Made by a program: the position numbers and the translations under genes. From Candidatus Aegiribacteria sp. (lineage in GTDB: Bacteria; Fermentibacterota; Fermentibacteria; Fermentibacterales; JCC-6), in NCBI GenBank assembly GCA_023138735.1, contig JAGLOY010000105.1, positions 393 through 64,392 of the forward strand: 64,000 nt of DNA, read 5' to 3'. Shown here piece by piece: positions 17,884 to 26,040 of this stretch. Below the pieces are notes generated by a model, which saw only the letters and a program-made list of their open reading frames with translations, was not told where the DNA came from and made no database searches. Within the stretch, counting starts at the first letter, position 1. Each line of letters starts with the position of its first letter.

Positions 17884-19131
17884 ATGGCATTTTCAGACAG
17901 TACAAGAAGCCTGTTTGCGGACGAAATAAAGCAGATAAAGGAAGATGGCCTCTTCAAGGAAAAAAGATTCATCTGCTCCGAACAGGACGCGGAAATAGAA
18001 GTTGAGTATCCCGAGGGTGCCCCCCACGAGAAAGTCCTCAATTTCTGTGCTAATAATTATCTGGGACTTTCAAGTCATCCGGATGTGATCAAGGCTGCCC
18101 ACGAAGGTCTTGATACCCGAGGCTACGGAATGAGTTCCGTCCGGTTCATATGCGGTACACAGGATATACACAGGGAACTCCAGGATAAGGTGTCCGTCTT
18201 TCTGGGTATGGAAGACACACTTCTATTCCCATCCTGCATGGATGCCAATTCCGGTGTTTTTGAGGCGATACTTGGCCAGGAGGACGTAATAATAGCCGAC
18301 AGGCTCATCCATGCATCCCTCGTAGACGGCATACGCCTCTGTTCTGCAGACTACGATACTTTCAAGCATATGAACATGAAACATCTGGAGAAGAAACTCG
18401 AGCTTCACCAGGACAAGAGAACAAGGCTTGTTGTTACTGACGGTGTGTTCTCTATGGACGGTGATCTTGCGCCTCTGGATGAAATGGTGGACCTTTGCAA
18501 GCGATACGACGCCATGCTGCTTGTGGATGACTCCCATGCCTCAGGTTTCATAGGAAAAACCGGCAGGGGAACCCATGAGCATTTTGGCGTTATCGACGGC
18601 ATTGATCTTATTACAACTACTTTCGGAAAAGGGTTGGGAGGAGCTTCCGGCGGCTGTGTATCCGGCAGGAGTGAACTTGTAGAACTCTGCCGCCAGAAGG
18701 CCAGGCCATACCTCTTCAGTAATTCCCTTGCGCCTCCTATTGTCAACGGTTCCATCAAGGTCATCGATCTCATCTCAAGCTCAACTGAGCGTCGTGACAA
18801 ACTTGAATGGAACACGAAGTACTTTCGTGAGAAGATGGAGGAAGCCGGGCTCGATATGCGTCCCGGTGTGACACCGATCGTTCCGGTAATGCTGTACAAT
18901 GCTAAACTGGCGAACGATATGGCCAGGGATATGTACGCTGAGGGAATTTATGTTATTGGATTCTGTTTCCCGGTTGTTCCTGCTGGAAAGGCCAGAATAC
19001 GTGTACAGCTTTCAGCAGCCCATGAGAAGGAACACCTTGATAAGTGTGCCGGGGCTTTCAGAAAAATAGGCGATAAGTACGGAATACTCGGTCTTGGCAA
19101 GAATGAGATAATCGAGAAGTACGGCAGATAA
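17884..19131 (+). CDS. PLP-dependent alpha-oxoamine synthase of the Kbl (glycine C-acetyltransferase) clade
   Basis: FCANNYLGL, VRFICGTQD, DDSHASGF and PLP-lysine motif TFGKGLGG. Second Kbl-like gene in the window. Confidence 0.9.
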   Translation: MAFSDSTRSLFADEIKQIKEDGLFKEKRFICSEQDAEIEVEYPEGAPHEKVLNFCANNYLGLSSHPDVIKAAHEGLDTRGYGMSSVRFICGTQDIHRELQDKVSVFLGMEDTLLFPSCMDANSGVFEAILGQEDVIIADRLIHASLVDGIRLCSADYDTFKHMNMKHLEKKLELHQDKRTRLVVTDGVFSMDGDLAPLDEMVDLCKRYDAMLLVDDSHASGFIGKTGRGTHEHFGVIDGIDLITTTFGKGLGGASGGCVSGRSELVELCRQKARPYLFSNSLAPPIVNGSIKVIDLISSSTERRDKLEWNTKYFREKMEEAGLDMRPGVTPIVPVMLYNAKLANDMARDMYAEGIYVIGFCFPVVPAGKARIRVQLSAAHEKEHLDKCAGAFRKIGDKYGILGLGKNEIIEKYGR

Positions 19132-19143
19132 TCAAAACCTGAG

Positions 19144-19176
19144 GGGGACACGTGTACGCTGCGTGTCCCCATTTAA
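19144..19176. terminator. Putative intrinsic terminator between convergent genes
   Basis: 9-bp perfect GC-rich stem GGGGACACG / CGTGTCCCC (19144-19152 / 19162-19170), followed by ATTTAAT. Confidence 0.5.
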
Positions 19177-19279
19177 TACATAACTTACCACGCCTAATAA
19201 TCGTTGATATAGCGCATCCAAAGTATCTCCCATGCATTGTGAATACTTCAACTATTCACCGGATAATCCCGAATGAGGT

Positions 19280-20170
19280 TCAATAGATAGATGCCGGATG
19301 GTTCCTGAGGTAGTAATCGATGCATGCATATACCAGCAAATCGATGATAAGTCCCCACAGTGCTGTAAGCTGTGACTGGTAGAAAAGGAATACCTGCGTT
19401 ACGAATATATTCACCAGAACAGCCAGTTTGAACCAGTGAACAGCTTTTCTTCTGGAGGATTTCAGCATCAGAAGCCCGATAAAAACAAGAATACTGCTTA
19501 CGCCTGCTCCTGTCAGCGAAATGCCTGATACATTCTCCATGGGAATCCAGCCTGGATTTATCCACCCCAATATTGCGGCAAACTGAGCGAGGCTGGTGAA
19601 AACAAAGAAGATCATCATGCCGGGAATGACCCATCGCATAGTTAGAATGCGGTTTAAGAAGGCTCGGTATTTGCTTCTCAGGTAATCGTAACCTTTCAGC
19701 AGGCGGGATTCGCTGCTGCTTTCCAGCTCATTCCGGATTCCCTGGTTCACTTTGATCTCATGCTGAGTCAACGGATGCAGTCCCAGCATTCTTCGGAAAA
19801 CGAGATACATGGCTATGAAAATAATATAGATGATGGCTATTGTCGGTTTGAAGAAGTAATCGTTGTCCTGGGTTATGAACTTGCCCAGTTCATCTATGAA
19901 CAGACCGAAACCGATCCCGCTGATGAGGGCGGCAAGGCGCCGTATCGAAGGATTCCAGTAATAGAATACCATTATAAGTGAAATCAGCATCAGAAGGCCT
20001 CCCCAGAGCATATGAGCGATGTGGAATGAGCCGAATGCGATCTGTGGATAGCCTGTGAGGGCCAGAAAAGCCCGATTGATGAGAATGGTTGCAACCGATA
20101 TTACAAGTAGAAGCTCAAGCATGTCACCAGCGTCTGAATCCCTTACAAGACCTTTTCTGTCTGATCTCAT
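19280..20170 (-). CDS. Hypothetical integral membrane protein
   Basis: 296 aa with about 8 hydrophobic segments. No motif recognised. Confidence 0.55.
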   Translation of the reverse strand: MRSDRKGLVRDSDAGDMLELLLVISVATILINRAFLALTGYPQIAFGSFHIAHMLWGGLLMLISLIMVFYYWNPSIRRLAALISGIGFGLFIDELGKFITQDNDYFFKPTIAIIYIIFIAMYLVFRRMLGLHPLTQHEIKVNQGIRNELESSSESRLLKGYDYLRSKYRAFLNRILTMRWVIPGMMIFFVFTSLAQFAAILGWINPGWIPMENVSGISLTGAGVSSILVFIGLLMLKSSRRKAVHWFKLAVLVNIFVTQVFLFYQSQLTALWGLIIDLLVYACIDYYLRNHPASIY

Positions 20171-20197
20171 GGTAACTGCTCCGGATCTCCGGTTGAG

Positions 20198-20626
20198 CTA
20201 GAAGACGTACCTTATCCCAATTCCACCGTTCAAATCGAAATCCAAATCGGGGATGATATCCAGTATGCCTGCAAGTTCAATGAACAGGTCCAGCGGTGCC
20301 CCGTCCGGCAGCCACGATATACCAATCGGTACACGGGCTCCCAGGTGCGCATCATCGTCCAGAATAACTCTTCCGCCAATACCGTAATAAACGGGCAGCA
20401 CGGCACTGGAATGAATAAGGCCATAATCGTGCCAGAGAAAATCGGCATGTATGTGGAGTTTATCGTTACTCCCTAGAGACCAGGATAAGGCTCCATCAAG
20501 TGCTGTATCTCCATTGAACCACATCTTCGCACTGATTCCGGAGGGTTCTCCCAGTATAATGCCAAGTTCGAAGGTTCCAGGGCCCGTAGACGAGAATAGA
20601 AGCGAAGTGATCAGGAAAAGAATCAT
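20198..20626 (-). CDS. Small secreted protein, possible outer-membrane beta-barrel
   Basis: Signal-peptide-like N-terminus, alternating hydrophobic pattern, C-terminal aromatic residue (RYVF). Confidence 0.45.
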   Translation of the reverse strand: MILFLITSLLFSSTGPGTFELGIILGEPSGISAKMWFNGDTALDGALSWSLGSNDKLHIHADFLWHDYGLIHSSAVLPVYYGIGGRVILDDDAHLGARVPIGISWLPDGAPLDLFIELAGILDIIPDLDFDLNGGIGIRYVF

Positions 20627-20932
20627 GTCAGTCTCCTTTTCTGCAATAGCAAAAACGCGGTTTTATCAGAGCTTTACATTCCGATAATAGAATTTATACA
20701 AGTGCATTACCTGCATGCAAGAGCACCGATTTCGTATAATGAATTAAATATATATATAACAACTATATAGTCACCAATTTCAACACTACTTGTTAACGTT
20801 CAGTTTCTCTCTGTGGACTGGAATCGGTCAGTCATCTCTTGGCGGTTAACCGTATCAGGAATCCAATCAGGCATCTCTATATTGATGATAACCCGTACAG
20901 ACGATGAATGGCTACTGGACAATTGTCTACGG

Positions 20933-20938
20933 TATAAT
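20933..20938 (+). promoter_or_regulatory. Candidate -10 element (TATAAT) for the 21027-32504 array
   Basis: Perfect TATAAT 89 nt upstream of ATG 21027, in a 400-bp AT-rich gap. No convincing -35 element. Confidence 0.25.
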
Positions 20939-21026
20939 TAAGAATATATAGTTGTGTAGCTAAAAACATAAACAACTGAACAGTGGTTTATCGAGAAAGC
21001 TGCTATTCAAACCGAAAGGAAACAAA

Positions 21027-21380
21027 ATGGAAAAACTTCACAAAATACTGGAAGGACTTGTAGAAGTCAGCGGTATTGATGTTGCAGTCGTCGTTGGACG
21101 AGACGGATTCGTTATCGATGCTGCATCAACCGGCACATCTGATACAGAAGCCATAGGAGCGATGGTTTCCACCGGTCTGGGTTCAGCTGAAAGTGTCGGT
21201 CGTGAGCTGGGACTTGAGGAAATGGATCAGGCGATGATGGAGTACAAGAACGGTATAGTTATGATGACTGCACTGGGCAGCGACGCTCTTCTCGTTGTTG
21301 TTGCATCCAAGGATGCAAATCTAGGAGGAATCCGTCTTCAGGTAAGAAGAAGCGCTCCCAAACTTGTGGAAGCACTTTAA
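21027..21380 (+). CDS. Roadblock/LC7 (MglB-like) domain protein
   Basis: 117 aa. VSGIDVAVVVGRDGFVIDA ... ALLVVVASKDANLGGIRL pattern is typical of Roadblock/LC7. Confidence 0.8.
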   Translation: MEKLHKILEGLVEVSGIDVAVVVGRDGFVIDAASTGTSDTEAIGAMVSTGLGSAESVGRELGLEEMDQAMMEYKNGIVMMTALGSDALLVVVASKDANLGGIRLQVRRSAPKLVEAL

Positions 21381-21413
21381 TTAATCTAATTACCGGAAGC
21401 AGGTTCTCTTCGG

Positions 21414-21917
21414 ATGCAATTACCAAAAAATGAAGATACCAAGACTATCGAGGATCTTCTCTCTGGACTTGTTCGGCGTTCCGAAGCCATTACCGCTCTG
21501 CTGATAAGCAGGGAGGGTATCTGCATAAGTAAAGTCGGTAACGTGGAATCATTGAATTCTACAGCCCTTGCCGCACTTGTAGCGGGAATGTTCGCAGCTA
21601 CAAAGGAAGTGGCGAATATAGTCGGGGAAGAACAGTTTTCAATTCTGCTGCAGCAGGGAGAGAAGCGTCATATTCACATTTCTCTGATAGGCCAGAGAAG
21701 TATGATGATAGTCGTTTTTGAAGATTACAGAAGGATTGGACGTGTACGGCATGAGGCCCGGACAATCAGTCCCGATCTTGTCAGGTTACTCGAGAGCAGA
21801 GAAAAATCCAGGAAAGAGGATGCAGATGATCTTTCTGTTCCTGAGTTCAGGGAATATGCTCTGAATCTCATCGACAGGATATTTGTGGTTGGTGAAGAGG
21901 AAGATGCCTCATCTTGA
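21414..21917 (+). CDS. Roadblock/LC7 domain protein with a charged C-terminal extension
   Basis: ITALLISREGICISKVG ... MMIVVFEDYRRIGRV Roadblock-like core. Confidence 0.65.
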   Translation: MQLPKNEDTKTIEDLLSGLVRRSEAITALLISREGICISKVGNVESLNSTALAALVAGMFAATKEVANIVGEEQFSILLQQGEKRHIHISLIGQRSMMIVVFEDYRRIGRVRHEARTISPDLVRLLESREKSRKEDADDLSVPEFREYALNLIDRIFVVGEEEDASS

Positions 21918-22488
21918 TCCGATAGAGAAGCAGATTGTTTTCAAGATCGTGTACTTTGGTCCTGGTATGAGTGGTAAAACAACGAATCTGCTCTACATTC
22001 ATAAGGCCTTGATTGACAAGTATAAGGGAGAGATGTTGGTTCTAGATACGGAAAAGGAGAGAACCCTGTTTTTTGATTTCTTTCCAGTTTCGCTTGGAAC
22101 CGTTCAAGGTTATTCCCTTAAGTTTCACCTGTATACCATTCCCGGACAGATATTCTACGAAGCGAGTCGAAGGATCATACTCCTCGGTGCCGATGGTGTG
22201 GTGTTTGTTGCTGACTCATCAGCTGACAGACTGGACGATAATACTGAAATGTTCAGGTTGATGAATGAGAATCTCAGAAGTCATGATATCGACCCATCGT
22301 GTTTCCCTGTTGTATTGCAGTACAATAAGCGCGATCGTAATCCCAGGCTTGAGATTGGCTCAATAGAGCAAGAGCTTGGATTGGACAACATTCCCGTTAC
22401 CGAATCGATAGCTATCGAGGGTAAAGGAGTCATGAAAACACTGCAGGTTGTCAGTAAGGAGATTATAAAGCGTTTTCAGATAAGCTGA
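21904..22488 (+). CDS. mglA: MglA-family Ras-like small GTPase
   Basis: KIVYFGPGMSGKTTNL P-loop, MglA-specific PGQ G3 motif (HLYTIPGQIFY), and QYNKRD G4. Collinear similarity to Myxococcus MglA as I recall it. Confidence 0.9.
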   Translation: MPHLDPIEKQIVFKIVYFGPGMSGKTTNLLYIHKALIDKYKGEMLVLDTEKERTLFFDFFPVSLGTVQGYSLKFHLYTIPGQIFYEASRRIILLGADGVVFVADSSADRLDDNTEMFRLMNENLRSHDIDPSCFPVVLQYNKRDRNPRLEIGSIEQELGLDNIPVTESIAIEGKGVMKTLQVVSKEIIKRFQIS

Positions 22489-22512
22489 TGCGGAAAGGAT
22501 TACACATCTTTT

Positions 22513-23205
22513 ATGGCCATTAACGGTACACTGAGCGATATAGGTTTCGTTTCACTGCTCCAGTTTCCCAATTCCAGCAGAAAGACAGGTTTGCTTACAG
22601 TGATAACCATGGATGGCAAGGCCGAGTTCTACTACAGAAAAGGTGAACTTGTACATGCCAGGTACGGTAAGATGACTGGTATTGAAGTTCTTGTTGATAT
22701 TGTGGATTGGAATGAAGGCCAGTTCACTTTTGAACCCGATCTGGAACCGGATGAGACGACAATCAAGGATGATCTTCACCATGTTCTCATGTGGGCACTC
22801 AAGGAACGGGATGAGAGAAAGAAGGATCAGAATGAGAATGGCGGCACTCCTGAAGTAGAACTCGATGCCGAGCTTTCAGAAAAACTGGATGAACTTATGA
22901 AAGCTGCCTCAGGTATCGAGTACATCTGCATATTTACCACTCTTGGACAGCTTGTTGCCAGATCGATGTCTGATAGCAGTTTTCTTCAGGAAATTGAACC
23001 ATTCATGGAATCCATAACCTGTTTTATCTCTGAATACCCGGGTGGGGTAACAGGAAAAGTGTTTATCGAGGATATCAATATTTCAATCGCAATCTCGGGT
23101 CTTGATGAACAGCAGACGGTTGTCATTGCGACCGGTCCTTCTCTGAAACTTGGAAGGCTGGCCATGGCTCTGGGCAGAATTATAAGAGAATTAACCGGAG
23201 TATAG
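22513..23205 (+). CDS. DUF4388 (PATAN-like) domain protein with a C-terminal Roadblock-like domain
   Basis: N-terminal GTLSDIGFVSLLQF...GELVHARYG...EGQFTFEP pattern. C-terminal half has the Roadblock-like alternation. Confidence 0.65.
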   Translation: MAINGTLSDIGFVSLLQFPNSSRKTGLLTVITMDGKAEFYYRKGELVHARYGKMTGIEVLVDIVDWNEGQFTFEPDLEPDETTIKDDLHHVLMWALKERDERKKDQNENGGTPEVELDAELSEKLDELMKAASGIEYICIFTTLGQLVARSMSDSSFLQEIEPFMESITCFISEYPGGVTGKVFIEDINISIAISGLDEQQTVVIATGPSLKLGRLAMALGRIIRELTGV

Positions 23206-23217
23206 CGGATGTAAAGA

Positions 23218-24570
23218 ATGAATGATAGAAAGACCCACAACAGCTTGCATTTTGAAGAATTTCTTGAGATATGCTCCGATTCAGGTCTTATTGAGGAAGG
23301 AACAGCAAGAGAGATTATCAACTTTGCCAAGTCTATCGGCGGAGTAGGAGCCGTTCCAAGACTTACCGGTGAACAGCTGAGCAGTACGGGTGATTTTGCC
23401 GCATCCCTCGTCAGTATCTATCCTGACGACATGACTTTCAATAATTATGTAACCACGGAAGAGAATTATTACGCCACTGAAATAACCAGGACCATTGCCC
23501 TTATCCCCAGGGTCTGGAAGAGTATTACTCCCATCATGCTATATGCTCACACAGGTCAGGGTAAGACTCACCTGCTTGCCTCCATTGCCAGAGCAACCCA
23601 CAAGAGCACCCTTATCCTTAACACCGTTGATCTGCACATAGAGTATCAGCACTGTCTTAACGCCGGGATTGATAGAGAACTGCGGGATTGGATCACATCC
23701 TATGATCTCCTTATGCTGGATGATATTCAGTTTTCCCAGGGTGATCTTCAATTTCAGAAATTTCTGATTTCCGTGATCAATCGCATGCCCAGAGGCAAGC
23801 ACGGTATCATCACTTCATCAGATGTTCATCCTGCAAGACTGCTTGATATAGATTCCTCATTCTATTCCAGACTGACCTCAGGACTCGTTATCAAGCTTGA
23901 GACTGTCAATCTGGATGGCAGAAAGGAAATTCTTCGTAATCTTTTTAACGAGACGGGCATAAAACCGGATGAGGATATTCTCGAATTCATTGCTACACAT
24001 GTGATAATGAATGTAAGGCAGTTGAAGGCGGCCGGGCGGATGGTTCTTGCTCAGATGCTTGGTCCCAACCATGATGTAACGATTGATACGGTCAAGGATA
24101 TACTCAGCTTCATGCAGATATACAAGGGTGCTGAAGATCGGCCGAAGGCATCGGAACACAATGTAAAAGAAGAGAAAGAGGTTGAAACCACCTTGGATCC
24201 AACACCATATATTGTGGTTGATATCGATGAGGAAATTAAGATTCAGACAACTCCTTCTAAAACGAAAGCTGATGCAGAACCTGAGGTAACTGTCGATTTG
24301 AACCAGGATGATCACGTTTTCAGGGAGGAAATGGCGCTTCCTCCCATAATCGACAGCCCTCCAGATACTACCAGATACAAAGATATGGTGGAATCGGCTC
24401 AGACGGTTGATCGCCAGGTTGATGCATTGAAACAGGCAGTCGCAGAAAGAATTGAACAGCTTGAGGAGAAGAACGCCGATTCTAAAGAGATAGATAAACT
24501 GAGATCTGCATTAGCATATCTCAGAAAAGGTGAACTCGAATCAGCAATGATCGCTTTGAAACCTGAATAG
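23218..24570 (+). CDS. DnaA-domain-III-like AAA+ ATPase lacking the DnaA DNA-binding domain IV; acidic coiled-coil tail
   Basis: TFNNYV, Walker A HTGQGKTHLL, Walker B LLMLDDIQF, IITSS sensor, SRLTSGLVIKLE, NVRQLKAA. No HTH-like C-terminus. Confidence 0.8.
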   Translation: MNDRKTHNSLHFEEFLEICSDSGLIEEGTAREIINFAKSIGGVGAVPRLTGEQLSSTGDFAASLVSIYPDDMTFNNYVTTEENYYATEITRTIALIPRVWKSITPIMLYAHTGQGKTHLLASIARATHKSTLILNTVDLHIEYQHCLNAGIDRELRDWITSYDLLMLDDIQFSQGDLQFQKFLISVINRMPRGKHGIITSSDVHPARLLDIDSSFYSRLTSGLVIKLETVNLDGRKEILRNLFNETGIKPDEDILEFIATHVIMNVRQLKAAGRMVLAQMLGPNHDVTIDTVKDILSFMQIYKGAEDRPKASEHNVKEEKEVETTLDPTPYIVVDIDEEIKIQTTPSKTKADAEPEVTVDLNQDDHVFREEMALPPIIDSPPDTTRYKDMVESAQTVDRQVDALKQAVAERIEQLEEKNADSKEIDKLRSALAYLRKGELESAMIALKPE

Positions 24571-24605
24571 GAGAACTTTTCGAAGTATTCACACAGGAGG
24601 ATATC

Positions 24606-25091
24606 ATGGTTGAACAATTGGGTCGTTTTCATGGTGTAGCGTACCTGCTGGGTGCTCTTGCCCATGCATCCGAGAAGAACCTGGGCCAGAGCAGTCATTC
24701 GATTTGCATGCTGGCGGGTAAGAAATTCGGCAGGGAAGCCGTTGAAGATGTGGAACAGACCGATGATCCTGAGAAAGCTGTACAACTTCTTAAAGCAGCG
24801 CTTGAAAAACGGGGGATAGTCTGGGATTTCGAACCCTTCATGGGCGAGCGTGATGAGCTTATGGAGAAACGTGATGGTTCTGAGGTCATGAGGATCGTAT
24901 TCCGAACCTGCATGGTCAGAAACGCCCTTTTCCGATATGCGCACGAGCAGAAGGAATCCATGTGCTATATGGCTCACGGAGTTTTCTCTGGAGCCATGGA
25001 GAAGGTCATGCCCGGTAAGAAGGTAGAACTTGAGATTCTTCATGCAGGCCCAAATGCCTGTCTGAAGGAAATGATACTGGAGGATGCATGA
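24606..25091 (+). CDS. V4R (4-vinyl reductase-like) small-molecule-binding domain protein
   Basis: C-terminal pattern C-x17-C...G..SGA...E..H.G...C resembles V4R. Stop overlaps the hydrogenase small-subunit start. Confidence 0.55.
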   Translation: MVEQLGRFHGVAYLLGALAHASEKNLGQSSHSICMLAGKKFGREAVEDVEQTDDPEKAVQLLKAALEKRGIVWDFEPFMGERDELMEKRDGSEVMRIVFRTCMVRNALFRYAHEQKESMCYMAHGVFSGAMEKVMPGKKVELEILHAGPNACLKEMILEDA

Positions 25092-26002
25092 TGAAAACCA
25101 GAATTTCAACCGAGTGGCTTTCAGGATGTTCAGGATGTCATGTTGCCGTAGTAGATCTCCATGAAAAACTCCTGAATCTTCTTGATGATGTGGAGTTCGT
25201 CCGTATTCCTGTACTCATGGATGAGAAAGGATATCCTGAAGCCGAAGTAGGAATAGTAGAGGGAGCGATTAGAAGCGAACATGACAGGAAGGCTCTTCTT
25301 AAAATGAGGGAGACCTGCAAAACGCTGATCGCATTCGGCACCTGTGCTGCATATGGCGGGCCATCAGGTATCGGATGGCTCTATGATAAAGACTCCATTC
25401 TGAACAAGATATACAAGGAAACTGTTACAGCGGCAGATGATGGGAAACTTCCAGAGGGAGCACCGGAACTGGAGCAGAGTGTTACCCCTCTGAACGAAGT
25501 CGTAGATATCGATTTCTTTATACCGGGTTGCCCTCCTCATCCGTATTATATCGCCCTTGCCATCAAGACTCTGCTGGGTGCTTCGGTGCCTGCCATATCC
25601 ATGAAGACCGTATGCTCTGTATGCAATCGTCAAATGGAAAAGCGTGAAGGAGTGAAATTTCAGCGGGGGATGAGCACCGCTCCGGAGGAGGATATTTGTC
25701 TCCTGAGTCAGGGAGTCATCTGCCTTGGGTCAGTAACGCTTGACCGTTGTCAAGCTCAGTGTCCGAATAAAGGGATCACTTGTGCCGGATGCGCAGGACC
25801 TTCAATGGATATCATTACCGAACCACATCTGGACATTCGAACCATGATAGCCAGGAGAATGAGTTTGCTCACAGGAATTGATCAGAAAGAGATACAGGAA
25901 TATATTGAAAAGGAAGCTAAAACATTTTACTCCTACGCGATCTCATCACCGATTATCTATAAGAAACCTATGGTTGAGATAAGGGAGTGGGCAGGAAATT
26001 GA
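25088..26002 (+). CDS. [NiFe]-hydrogenase small subunit, MvhG-like (group 3 type)
   Basis: GCSGCH, GTCAAYGG and GCPP proximal-cluster motifs. C-terminal Cys-rich region for two further clusters. No Tat signal. Confidence 0.9.
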   Translation: MMKTRISTEWLSGCSGCHVAVVDLHEKLLNLLDDVEFVRIPVLMDEKGYPEAEVGIVEGAIRSEHDRKALLKMRETCKTLIAFGTCAAYGGPSGIGWLYDKDSILNKIYKETVTAADDGKLPEGAPELEQSVTPLNEVVDIDFFIPGCPPHPYYIALAIKTLLGASVPAISMKTVCSVCNRQMEKREGVKFQRGMSTAPEEDICLLSQGVICLGSVTLDRCQAQCPNKGITCAGCAGPSMDIITEPHLDIRTMIARRMSLLTGIDQKEIQEYIEKEAKTFYSYAISSPIIYKKPMVEIREWAGN

Positions 26003-26040
26003 ACCACCGTAACTCAAGGGGTAGGATTAAGAGGTAAACC

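Noticed and set aside
17884-19131. The alpha-oxoamine synthase next to an ACP and a ligase could be a serine palmitoyltransferase (sphingolipid entry enzyme).
   Set aside because: The protein keeps Kbl-clade signatures (VRFICGTQD, FCANNYLGL), not the Spt/BioF-type glycine-rich loop I recall. The ligase is also of the short or medium-chain ACS type. I kept it as a finding with an open substrate rather than calling it Spt.
20627-24570. An AT-rich 400-bp gap plus a nearby DnaA-like gene could be a replication origin.
   Set aside because: I found no cluster of TTATCCACA-like boxes in the gap. The only close match, TGTGGATAG near 20043, is a single site inside a CDS. The DnaA-like protein also lacks the DNA-binding domain IV.
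24399-25109. A long antisense or alternative-frame ORF (236 aa). The same class includes 34615-35385, 36154-36771, 31386-31937, 27675-28226, 8621-9139, 17269-17751, 40332-40832, 51351-51950, 7229-7675 and 14465-14938.
   Set aside because: Each lies entirely within, or opposite, a gene with strong family motifs. Each also has a low-complexity or Cys/Arg/Ser-rich composition typical of non-coding frames and no recognisable motif.
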